This document shows, piece by piece, positions 25,580 through 34,156 of a stretch of DNA of 42,911 bases. Source of the DNA: Candidatus Omnitrophota bacterium (GTDB taxonomy: Bacteria > Omnitrophota > Gorgyraeia > 2-02-FULL-51-18). The notes under the pieces are model-generated. The model was given only the letters and a program-made list of their open reading frames with translations, was not told where the DNA came from and made no database searches. The DNA lies in assembly GCA_023248025.1 (NCBI GenBank), contig JAHFFI010000002.1:1-42911 (forward strand). The letters are read 5' to 3'. Each line of letters opens with the position of its first letter. Positions within the stretch are counted from its first letter, which is position 1. A program made the position numbers and the translations under genes.

Positions 25580-26902
25580 ATGCAGGTGACTGAAAAAAAA
25601 CAGGTAGCGATAGAAATCGTGAAGACGCTCAGAGCCAAAGGCTATGAGGCCTATTTTGTCGGGGGCTGCGTGCGCGACCTGCTTTTGGGAAAAAAGCCCA
25701 AAGATTTCGATATTGCGACGAATGCCGTTCCCGAGGATATCGCGAAACTTTTTTCTAGAACCGTCCCTGTGGGCGCCAAATTTGGTGTCATGATTGTCCT
25801 CCTCAAAGAGCATTCTTTTGAAGTGGCCACTTTCCGCGCCGATAAGGGCTATCAGGATGGCCGCCATCCGACCGGTGTGCGATTTACCAATGCCAAAGAA
25901 GACGCACTGCGTCGTGATTTCACAGTCAACGGGCTTTTTTACGACCCCTTGAAGCGTGAAGTGATGGACTGGGTAGAAGGCAAGAAAGACCTGAAAAAAA
26001 AGATCATCCGTGCCATCGGAGACCCAAAGAAGCGTTTTACCGAAGACGCGCTGCGCATGCTGAGGGCCGTCCGTTTCGCGAGTGTGTTGGGATTTAAGAT
26101 TGAATCCAAAACGCTGGCCGCCATCCAAAAATTATCCAAGACCATCCATAAAGTCAGCAACGAGCGTGTGCGTGATGAACTCGTAAAGATGTTCACGGGG
26201 TCCGACCCCGCGTTGTCGCTCACCTTGCTCGATAAGTCGAAATTATTAAAAGAAGTGCTCCCCGAAGTCGAATGCATGAAAGGCGTGCAGCAGCCGCGTA
26301 AATTTCACCCGGAAGGGGATGTCTATGTGCATACCAAGCTTCTATTGAAACATTTAAAGAACCCATCGGTTATCCTGGCCTTCGGGTGTCTTCTGCATGA
26401 CGTGGGGAAACCCCCGACATTCAAACGCGCCGATCGTATCCGTTTCAATGGCCACGACCGGGTCGGCGCCAAGATGACTGAGAAGATCTTGGAGCGTTTG
26501 CGTTTTCCCAATGACTGGAAAGACAAGGTGGTGGCCTGTGTGGACGCGCATATGCGCTTCAAGGACGTAAAGCAGATGAGAGAAAGCACGCTCAAAAAAT
26601 TTATGCAGCGCGAGACCTTCGAAACAGAGCTCGAACAGCACCGCGTAGACTGCTTGGCAAGTCACGGAGATATTTCGAACTGGCGTTTTTTGAAAAAAAA
26701 GCTAAAAACCTTCTCCCAGGAAGAGATCAAGCCAAAACCGCTTTTGAACGGGCATGATATCATGGCTTTGGGACATGCCTCAGGCCCCGTGATAGGACAA
26801 GCTCTTAAACTCCTCGAAGAAGAGCAGTTGGAAGGCCGTATTCGCACCCGCGAAGAGGCCCTGGCATGGGCTCAAAAGCTCCCATTACCCACCAAGTCAT
26901 GA
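25580..26902 (+). CDS. cca: CCA-adding tRNA nucleotidyltransferase with an HD domain
   Basis: It has GGCVRDLLLGKKPKDFDIAT, RADKGY and an HD motif (LLHDVGK). The start could instead be the GTG at 25586. Confidence 0.9.
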   Translation: MQVTEKKQVAIEIVKTLRAKGYEAYFVGGCVRDLLLGKKPKDFDIATNAVPEDIAKLFSRTVPVGAKFGVMIVLLKEHSFEVATFRADKGYQDGRHPTGVRFTNAKEDALRRDFTVNGLFYDPLKREVMDWVEGKKDLKKKIIRAIGDPKKRFTEDALRMLRAVRFASVLGFKIESKTLAAIQKLSKTIHKVSNERVRDELVKMFTGSDPALSLTLLDKSKLLKEVLPEVECMKGVQQPRKFHPEGDVYVHTKLLLKHLKNPSVILAFGCLLHDVGKPPTFKRADRIRFNGHDRVGAKMTEKILERLRFPNDWKDKVVACVDAHMRFKDVKQMRESTLKKFMQRETFETELEQHRVDCLASHGDISNWRFLKKKLKTFSQEEIKPKPLLNGHDIMALGHASGPVIGQALKLLEEEQLEGRIRTREEALAWAQKLPLPTKS

Positions 26903-26926
26903 ATAGTCATTTTTGATTAAAATTAG

Positions 26927-26954
26927 TTGAAATATAAAAAGAAAGTGGTAGAAT
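26927..26954 (+). promoter_or_regulatory. Sigma70 promoter with an extended -10
   Basis: TTGAAA (26927-26932), a 16-nt spacer, then TGgTAGAAT (-10 at 26949-26954). Confidence 0.6.
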
Positions 26955-27005
26955 GTTGTTAATCCCATTCGATCGTGTGAAGGGATACTAAAAAGAGGTT
27001 TACTC

Positions 27006-27230
27006 ATGTTAGAAGATAATAGAGACAAAAGACCGCAGCGCACTCAGATCATGACGCTGCGCGAGGTTGCAAAGTACTTGGGTGTTCACACCATGACCGT
27101 GTACCGGCTTTTAAAAGAAAAGAAGTTGCCGGGTTTCAAGGTCGGCGGACAGTGGCGCACCAAGAAAGATGTGCTGGATACCTATCTTTTGAAAGAAATA
27201 GATAAAAGCCCCCAAGAAAAAAAGAAGTAG
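27006..27230 (+). CDS. Small HTH_17 (excisionase/MerR-like) DNA-binding protein, paralog 1
   Basis: The 74-aa product contains MTLREVAKYLGVHTMTVYRLLKEKKLPGFKVGGQWR, the excisionase-family HTH pattern. Confidence 0.8.
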   Translation: MLEDNRDKRPQRTQIMTLREVAKYLGVHTMTVYRLLKEKKLPGFKVGGQWRTKKDVLDTYLLKEIDKSPQEKKK

Positions 27231-27244
27231 TTCGCTAAGGGCCC

Positions 27245-28165
27245 ATGGGCGCGAATCACGGCATTTCTCTTCCTGAACGGAGTCAGCGTGCGCGTCAAAT
27301 CGAGTATGTTCTATGGCTGACGCTTTTCTTGAATTGGGGAATTGCTCTTTTTAAGCTGGTGTTTGGTTATCTGACCCACTGCATAGTTATCGTGGCTGAC
27401 GGGTTTCATTCGTTGTCTGACGGCAGCTCAAATATAGTCGGTATTGCCGGTATTCGGGCGGCTGCCAGGCCGGATGATCCCACCCATCCCTACGGCCACT
27501 GGAAATACGAAACGCTGGCCGCTATCATACTTTCCTTTTTTCTTTTTGCGGCCTCTTTCAGCATTATTAGGGAAGCATGGAATTCTTTCAGGCATCCCAG
27601 ACAGCCCGAAGTCACTTCTTGGAGTTTTGGGGTGATGGCGTTGACCCTGGCCGTGAATATTTTCACGGCCTGGTATGAGCGCAAAAGGGGCAGAGAACTT
27701 CGCAGCGAGCTTTTACTGAGTGATGCGTGGCATACCATCACTGATATTTTTGTGAGCTTAGCGGTTTTTGCGGCATTGGCCGGTATTCTGCTGCATATTC
27801 CTTGGGTGGACAGCGTTTTTTCGGTGCTCATCGCTGCTCTCATAGCGTATGCGGCTTTTGGTATACTTAAACATAATGCCGGCGTTCTTTGTGACCGAGT
27901 CGCGGTTGACAGCAAGGTTATTGAAGCGCTTGTCAGAAAAATAGCCGGCGTAGAAGATTGTCACGAGATCCGGACGCGCGGCCGGACCGGAGATATTTAC
28001 ATCGACCTGCATGTGCTGGTTGACCCGGCGATGTCGGTAGAATTAGCGCACGGGCTTTCGAACGTGATCGAGCGTGATATTCGCGCAGGCATAGAGGGCG
28101 TGACGGACGTTATCGTGCACATTGAGCCGACAACGCATACACACGAGGAATTGAAGGAATCATGA
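27245..28165 (+). CDS. Cation diffusion facilitator (CDF) family metal transporter
   Basis: It has six TM segments, the metal-site motifs DGFHSLSDG and DAWHTITD, and a C-terminal cytoplasmic domain. Confidence 0.9.
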   Translation: MGANHGISLPERSQRARQIEYVLWLTLFLNWGIALFKLVFGYLTHCIVIVADGFHSLSDGSSNIVGIAGIRAAARPDDPTHPYGHWKYETLAAIILSFFLFAASFSIIREAWNSFRHPRQPEVTSWSFGVMALTLAVNIFTAWYERKRGRELRSELLLSDAWHTITDIFVSLAVFAALAGILLHIPWVDSVFSVLIAALIAYAAFGILKHNAGVLCDRVAVDSKVIEALVRKIAGVEDCHEIRTRGRTGDIYIDLHVLVDPAMSVELAHGLSNVIERDIRAGIEGVTDVIVHIEPTTHTHEELKES

Positions 28166-28527
28166 AAGAGCCTATTCTGATCGTAGATGATGAAGTGGAA
28201 TTTGCCAAGACGCTTTCGTCTTATTTCCGCGGCCAAGGCTATCAGGTGTATATGTCCACCAATCTCGAAGACGCCATCAATATCTTTAAAAGAGAGAAGC
28301 CAAAAGTTGTTCTGCTGGATTTCAACATGCCGATCGTGAATGGTGACCAGTTTTTGCCTATCCTGCAGAACATCCTGCCGACGGTGCGCATCATCGTTGT
28401 CACCGGCTGCGTGGCCGAAGAAGTGGAGGAACGTTTTAGAGGGCTTGGTTATTTCGCTTTATTTGAAAAGGGCGGTCTATCGCTTGAAAAACTTAAAGCC
28501 AAGGTGCAAGAAGCGTTGTTGTATTAA
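28162..28527 (+). CDS. Single-domain response regulator (receiver only)
   Basis: ILIVDDE...LLDFNMP...VVTG is a CheY-like receiver. The start overlaps the CDF stop. Confidence 0.85.
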   Translation: MKEPILIVDDEVEFAKTLSSYFRGQGYQVYMSTNLEDAINIFKREKPKVVLLDFNMPIVNGDQFLPILQNILPTVRIIVVTGCVAEEVEERFRGLGYFALFEKGGLSLEKLKAKVQEALLY

Positions 28528-28665
28528 TAATTTCTGTGTTTTTCTGCGCTTCCAAGCCCGCCTCCAGAGAATATATTGACGCGACTGTCATCTTAATATT
28601 TTAGAAATACGTCCGTCACAAACGTAGGTTATCCTATTCGTACGCAAAGGAGCGGACGAAATCCC

Positions 28666-28983
28666 ATGAAAAAAATTGAATGCGTTATTCAGAATAAAAT
28701 GCTAGGCGCGTTGGAAGCAGAACTTCGTCTGCACGGCGTGGGTGGTATGACCGTTTCCGAAGTGAAAGGTTTCGGCAATGAACAAACGAGGCCAGAAGCT
28801 TATCTTTTTCTCCCCAAGACTAAGATTGAGATCTACTGCAAAGACTCAGAAGTGGACGGTTTAGTAGGTATTATCACGAAAGTGTGCCAAACCGGGCAGT
28901 TGGGGGATGGCAAGCTGGTGGTGATCGACCTTGAGCAAGTCATGCGGCTGCGTACGGGACAAACCGGCGCCGATGCGGTATAA
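28666..28983 (+). CDS. PII-family signal-transduction protein with a shortened T-loop
   Basis: MKKIECVI...GVGGMTVSEVKGFGNEQ...LPKTKIEIY...GDGKLVV is the PII fold. Compared with GlnB/GlnK as I recall them, the T-loop is about 7 residues shorter and lacks the Tyr51 region. Confidence 0.8.
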   Translation: MKKIECVIQNKMLGALEAELRLHGVGGMTVSEVKGFGNEQTRPEAYLFLPKTKIEIYCKDSEVDGLVGIITKVCQTGQLGDGKLVVIDLEQVMRLRTGQTGADAV

Positions 28984-28990
28984 TACATTC

Positions 28991-29734
28991 ATGAAAAAAT
29001 TTGCGAAACTGGTCGTCCTATTAGTTGTCATTATTTTTGTCTTAAGTTTTGCAAAAAATAGCCTCGTTCAAGCGGTATTATCCGGTGCGATCGCGAATAC
29101 AGCTCATGTTCCAGTTCGAATCGGCAGCACCCATTTAAGCCTCTTCAAAGCGTCAATAGACATCCGTGATTTTCGCCTGGGCAACCCCTCGCATTTTCGT
29201 GAGAAGAATCTGGCCGATATTTCTCGCATCTATGCTGATCTGGAGCCGGGCGATCTCACAAAGAGCCGCCTTCATTTTAAGGACATTGATTTGAATGTGA
29301 AAGAGATCGTTGTTATTAAGAATCGCGAGGGGAAATTAAATGTCGACGCCTTAAAACCTACTCAAAAAGAGAAGGCCGGATCCCAGAAGGCATCCGCAGG
29401 CAAAGCGCCCATGCTTCAGATTGACCGTTTGAAGATGTCCATAGGCCGCGTGGTATACAGAGATTATTCACAGGGTGAAAAGCCCGTCGAACAGGTTTTT
29501 GATATTAATATTAAGGACCGTATGTACACCAATATCCAAAATCCATCCGCAGTTATAAGCCTCATTATGGTCGAGGCTTTGACACGCACTTCAATCGCAC
29601 GTTTGGCCAATCTGGATATGGGCCTGTTTCAGGATGGTGCGGCAGGCGCTTTGTCTAAGGGCCTTGGTCTAGTAGGGGATGGGGTCGACCAAGCCGAAAA
29701 GACCACTAAGGGCCTTTTAAGTCTCTTCAAATAA
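28991..29734 (+). CDS. Membrane-anchored hypothetical protein
   Basis: The start is taken at the internal ATG (MKKFAKLVVLLVVIIFVLSFA), which gives an N-terminal TM segment. I do not recognise the family. Confidence 0.55.
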   Translation: MKKFAKLVVLLVVIIFVLSFAKNSLVQAVLSGAIANTAHVPVRIGSTHLSLFKASIDIRDFRLGNPSHFREKNLADISRIYADLEPGDLTKSRLHFKDIDLNVKEIVVIKNREGKLNVDALKPTQKEKAGSQKASAGKAPMLQIDRLKMSIGRVVYRDYSQGEKPVEQVFDINIKDRMYTNIQNPSAVISLIMVEALTRTSIARLANLDMGLFQDGAAGALSKGLGLVGDGVDQAEKTTKGLLSLFK

Positions 29735-29841
29735 ATAAATATATTCTCGCCTTTTAACGCCATAACCAATTAAGAACACACGGGTTGTGTATTAATAGTT
29801 ACAGTATTTTAAATAAAATTGATTAATTTTACTTAAAAATA

Positions 29842-29870
29842 TTGACAATTAATGATTATTATATTACACT
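29842..29870 (+). promoter_or_regulatory. Sigma70 promoter in an AT-rich spacer
   Basis: TTGACA (29842-29847), a 17-nt spacer, then TACACT (29865-29870). Confidence 0.5.
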
Positions 29871-29941
29871 TTCACTAGTTAAGGTTGAAATGTGCTAAAG
29901 AAAGGACCCAAGCTATGATAGGGTTCAAGGGAGATAGACCC

Positions 29942-30166
29942 ATGAATACGAATGGTGCCGAACCGAAGATGAGGGAAGGCCAAAGACCGGAACGCACGCA
30001 GATAATGACTACGAAAGAAGTAGCTAAATATCTGGGTGTGCATGAAATGACCGTTTACCGGTGGCTTAAAAAAGGCGTGCTTCCCGGCTTCAAGATTGGC
30101 GGCAGGTGGAGAAGCAAGAAAGATTTGCTGGACGCTTACCTCGTAAAACGTATGGAACACAGATAG
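29942..30166 (+). CDS. Small HTH_17 (excisionase/MerR-like) DNA-binding protein, paralog 2
   Basis: The start is chosen at the ATG after GGGAGA, which gives 74 aa, the same length as paralog 1. By my manual alignment, 41 of 57 residues are identical to paralog 1. Confidence 0.75.
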   Translation: MNTNGAEPKMREGQRPERTQIMTTKEVAKYLGVHEMTVYRWLKKGVLPGFKIGGRWRSKKDLLDAYLVKRMEHR

Positions 30167-30199
30167 TCTTACGGGCATTTCTCGTTTATAATATGGCTC

Positions 30200-30670
30200 A
30201 TGAGAGACGAATGGGTCATAGACGGATACAACCTCCTCCATTGGCTAGAGAATAGTCATCCCAAGAAGTCCCCGGTTAGTCGTGAAAAACTCCTACAGAT
30301 GTTGGCAGATTTCGCGTCGCTTTCAGCTTCCCAGGTCACCGTAGTTTTGGATGGCGTGGGAAGTGAGGCTGAATTTGGTGCTTTCGAAAGCGCGCAAATG
30401 AAGGTATTCTATTCCAAGTCTGCGACTGCCGATACGTTCATCGAAAAATATGTTTACGACAATTACCTCAAATCCAAACTGGTTGTTGTGACGCAGGATA
30501 CGGCACTTACGCGCATGGTGCGCGGCAAAGGTGTGAGTGTGATGAAACCCGAGAGTTTCGTGAGTGAAATGAAAGAATACCGGGGTGATGCGGAAAATAT
30601 ACTTTGGGAAAAGAAAGCAGACCAGCACGGTTTTAACAGACCTTTTGATAAAAAATTAAAGAAATCGTAA
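30200..30670 (+). CDS. NYN-domain (YacP/Rae1-like, DUF901) predicted ribonuclease
   Basis: The pattern VIDGYNLLH...VVLDG...FYSK.ATADTFIE...VVTQD matches the YacP-like NYN family. Confidence 0.7.
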   Translation: MRDEWVIDGYNLLHWLENSHPKKSPVSREKLLQMLADFASLSASQVTVVLDGVGSEAEFGAFESAQMKVFYSKSATADTFIEKYVYDNYLKSKLVVVTQDTALTRMVRGKGVSVMKPESFVSEMKEYRGDAENILWEKKADQHGFNRPFDKKLKKS

Positions 30671-31861
30671 ATGACGCCACTTTCTATCGCATTAAAAAAA
30701 ACACCTCCTGGACGTTCACGCATCGGTCATCCCTGGATATTCCGTAGTCAAATCCAATCTATTCCGACTGAACTGACGCCGGGCACGATTGTAGATGTGT
30801 ATTCGCACGGCAAGCGTTTTCTGGGGCGAGGCTACCTCAATCCGAGATCGGAGATTACCGTGCGGCTCCTGACGAAGCAGCCGCAGGCTATTGACGCATC
30901 CTTTTTTAGAGAAAAAATATCGAAAGCGGTGGCGTTCAGAAAAAAATTCGTGAAAGACACCAATGCGATGCGCCTCGTATCCAGCGAATCGGACGATCTG
31001 CCGGGCCTCATCGTTGATCAGTACGGCGAGGTGTTGATCGTTCAGTTCCTGACCCTTGGCATGGAGGTCTTAAGGGATGTCATTCTTAGCGTGTTGAAGG
31101 AACTTTTACCGGTTAAGGGTATTTATGAAAAAAGTGATTCCGGTTCCAGGAAGCTCGAGGGGCTATCCGAACGAACGGGATGGATCGAGCAGAGCTGCGG
31201 CGCCGAGCAGATTGTGCAGGAAGCCGATGTGCGTTTTTCAGTGCCTTTGGGTGCCGGGCACAAAACGGGACTTTATCTCGACCAGCGGGAGAACCGGATC
31301 GCTTTAAAGGAATGGGCAAAGCCCGGGATGAGGGTTTTGGACGGCTTCTGTTATACCGGCGGATTCGGACTGCATCTGGCAAAAATGGGTTGTGAGGTGC
31401 TGGGCGTTGATGCTCAGGAAGAAGCCATCCGCCTTGCTGAATCCAACCGCATGCTCAACGGCCTGACCGAAAAAGAACTTTCATTCAAAACGGCCAATTG
31501 CTTCGATGAACTTAAGGCGCTTGAGCAGGGAAAACAAAAATTTAACCTGGTGATTTTAGACCCGCCTTCATTTGTTAAAAGAAAGGACGCGGTCGAGTCT
31601 GCGCTGTCGGGCTTTAAGGAGATTATTCTGAGAAGCATGCGAATTTTAGCACCCGACGGGCTTTTGGCCGTGTTCTCATGCTCCTACCACATCGACGATA
31701 ATCTTTTGATGCGCACCGCAATGTCTGCTGCCTTTGATACGAAACGAGAGATCAAGCTCATCCGCTTTATGAAACAGTCCGTGGATCATCCTATCAATCC
31801 GTTCATACCGGAAACCTATTATCTCAAAGGTTTTCTCTTCTGCGTGAATGCCAGTATCTGA
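30671..31861 (+). CDS. rlmI: Class I SAM-dependent rRNA methyltransferase (RlmI-like, PUA plus MTase domains)
   Basis: It has an N-terminal PUA-like region, GLYLDQRENR, the SAM motif VLDGFCYTGGFG, and DPPSF. Confidence 0.8.
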   Translation: MTPLSIALKKTPPGRSRIGHPWIFRSQIQSIPTELTPGTIVDVYSHGKRFLGRGYLNPRSEITVRLLTKQPQAIDASFFREKISKAVAFRKKFVKDTNAMRLVSSESDDLPGLIVDQYGEVLIVQFLTLGMEVLRDVILSVLKELLPVKGIYEKSDSGSRKLEGLSERTGWIEQSCGAEQIVQEADVRFSVPLGAGHKTGLYLDQRENRIALKEWAKPGMRVLDGFCYTGGFGLHLAKMGCEVLGVDAQEEAIRLAESNRMLNGLTEKELSFKTANCFDELKALEQGKQKFNLVILDPPSFVKRKDAVESALSGFKEIILRSMRILAPDGLLAVFSCSYHIDDNLLMRTAMSAAFDTKREIKLIRFMKQSVDHPINPFIPETYYLKGFLFCVNASI

Positions 31862-31874
31862 TATAATCCTGACT

Positions 31875-32735
31875 ATGAAACGGTCGATATTTTTATATCT
31901 TATTTTTTTATTTGTGTTGTCCGCGACGCCTGTTTTCGCTTTCACACTTTCTAATTTTGAGACGCCCGAAAGTGCCGTTGTTGACGCTGACGATGGTTCG
32001 TATTATGTTTCCAACATCAACGGTGAATTTGCAGAAAAGGACAGTAATGGATACATCTCAAAGATCAGCCCGGACGGCAATACCGTCATCCAAAAATTTG
32101 CAGGTTCCCGTAAAGAAGAGATGATACTTCATGCGCCCAAGGGCCTTGCGCTCATCGGCAATAATATTTTTACGGCCGACATCGATAGCGTAAAAGCATT
32201 CAATAAAGAGACCGGAAAGCCTTCAGTGTTGCTCGACCTATCTAGCTTTCATGTGAAATTTTTAAATGACTTGGCCGCAGATAGCCAGGGCATTTTATAC
32301 GTGAGCGATACCATGACGAACCAGATCTTCCGCATCGATACGAATAAAGATTACGAAACGACGCTATTCAAGGAAAGTCCGCTTCTGGCCGGCCCCAACG
32401 GATTAGTGGTTAATCCTAAAACGCGTAATCTCATGGTCGTGACCTGGGTTTCGGGCCAGATTCTTGAGATCGACCGTATGGGTGGTATTCACGTGTTGAA
32501 ACGTGGTTTTGATAAGCTCGACGGCCTTGATTATGACAACGCGGGCAATCTTTACATTTCGAGTTTTGAAAAGGGTGAGATTTTTAAGATCACTCGCATG
32601 GGTCGCGGGGCGATCACCATGACCCGGTCGGGACTGGTCACGCCCGCAGATATTTCTTATGACAGAAAGAAGGACGAGATTCTCATCCCTTCCATGAAAG
32701 GCAATACCGTTTCGACGGTTTCCGCCCGTTCCTAG
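31875..32735 (+). CDS. Secreted beta-propeller protein (SMP-30/NHL-like repeats)
   Basis: The internal ATG gives the signal peptide MKRSIFLYLIFLFVLSATPVFA. The product contains repeated ...G.LYVSD... and ...GNLYISS... blades. Confidence 0.55.
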   Translation: MKRSIFLYLIFLFVLSATPVFAFTLSNFETPESAVVDADDGSYYVSNINGEFAEKDSNGYISKISPDGNTVIQKFAGSRKEEMILHAPKGLALIGNNIFTADIDSVKAFNKETGKPSVLLDLSSFHVKFLNDLAADSQGILYVSDTMTNQIFRIDTNKDYETTLFKESPLLAGPNGLVVNPKTRNLMVVTWVSGQILEIDRMGGIHVLKRGFDKLDGLDYDNAGNLYISSFEKGEIFKITRMGRGAITMTRSGLVTPADISYDRKKDEILIPSMKGNTVSTVSARS

Positions 32736-34156
32736 AAAAGAAAACTTAAGCGAATGGCGTCGCGCGTCCAGCCGATGAGAGCATCGGGATAAAAGCCCAC
32801 ACCCACCAGTCCTATCAAGAAGAAAAATCCTACGAGCTTCATGTGAAGCGGAAGGACAATAAGGTTCGAGTCCTTTGGTTTTTCAAGATACGCGTGCTTA
32901 ACCAGTGTCAAATAGTAAAAGAGGGACACGACGCTGTTGAGTACACCCCAGAGGACTAGAAACCAGTGGCCTTGGTTCATGGCAGCTGAGAAAAGTATCC
33001 ATTTTCCGGTGAATCCGATCAAAGGTGGAATACCGGCTAACGACAAAAGACTTAAAAGCAGTATCAGCGCTAAGAAGGGTGAACGTTCAGCGAGTCCGTC
33101 AAAATGCGAAACTTGAGGATTGTCGTGATGAATAACTTTAGCCACATAGATAACGACCATAAAAGCGGCTGCGTTCATGAGACCGTAAGCTAAGCCATAA
33201 AAAAGTGCCGAAGAATAACCTTCGAAGGTCCCCGAAAGAAGTCCTACGAGAATATAACCTGCTTGAGCAATGCTGGAATAAGCCAAAAGCCTTTTTACGT
33301 CTTTTTGAACAAGCGCCACGCAATTACCCAGCGTCATGGAAATAAAGGCGAGTGCCCCCAGTATCGATACGAACGCCGGCGGAATGCCTATCCATTGGAA
33401 AATGCGGATGAGAATCGCTACGGCCGCAACTTTTGAAGCAGTTGCGATGAATCCGGTGACCGGCGTAGAGGCGCTTTCATAAGTATCAGGCGCCCAGAAA
33501 TGCATCGGAAAGCCAGAGAGTTTGAATAAGAAAGAAAACGAGACAAACAAAAGCGCCAACACAAACGCGGGTTCGGCCATTAAGAGAGGCATTTTTTGGG
33601 CAACGATGGTCAAAGAGGTGCTGCCCGCAAGACCCGTCATAAGGCTAAAGCCCCATAAGAGAAAACCGCTGGTTGCCGCGCCAAACAGAAGATATTTTGT
33701 CCCGGCTTCCGCAGACCGTTTGTTGCGGCCGAATCCCGTCAGCGTATAAAGAGAATAAGAAGAAAGCTCCATCGCAATATAAAGCGTCAGAATGTCCGCG
33801 GCGCTGGCCATCATCATGAGACCAAACGTGGATGCGCACAGGAAAAAGAAATGTTCGGGCCGCTTATCTTCCTCTATGAAAGAGGATTCATTCGAGAAGA
33901 ACGCTGAAGCCAAAAGGCACAGAGAGAGCGCTATTTTTACAATCTGCGAGAAAAAGTCGACTCGATAAGTTCCGTGGAACAGCGTACCCGAATTGGGAGT
34001 CGAATAAATGCACACACCTACGAGAATGAGCGAAGACGCAATGGCAAAAAAACGGAAGACGATGGATTCCAGAGGTTTTCCAAAAATGCTCCACACCAGC
34101 GCTGCTGCGATAACAAGCGATAAGACCGTTTCAGGAATGAAAAGCACCCAGTTCAT
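32732..34156 (-). CDS. nuoN: NADH-quinone oxidoreductase subunit N
   Basis: It is a 14-TM antiporter-like subunit and the last gene of the nuo cluster. Confidence 0.85.
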   Translation of the reverse strand: MNWVLFIPETVLSLVIAAALVWSIFGKPLESIVFRFFAIASSLILVGVCIYSTPNSGTLFHGTYRVDFFSQIVKIALSLCLLASAFFSNESSFIEEDKRPEHFFFLCASTFGLMMMASAADILTLYIAMELSSYSLYTLTGFGRNKRSAEAGTKYLLFGAATSGFLLWGFSLMTGLAGSTSLTIVAQKMPLLMAEPAFVLALLFVSFSFLFKLSGFPMHFWAPDTYESASTPVTGFIATASKVAAVAILIRIFQWIGIPPAFVSILGALAFISMTLGNCVALVQKDVKRLLAYSSIAQAGYILVGLLSGTFEGYSSALFYGLAYGLMNAAAFMVVIYVAKVIHHDNPQVSHFDGLAERSPFLALILLLSLLSLAGIPPLIGFTGKWILFSAAMNQGHWFLVLWGVLNSVVSLFYYLTLVKHAYLEKPKDSNLIVLPLHMKLVGFFFLIGLVGVGFYPDALIGWTRDAIRLSFLF

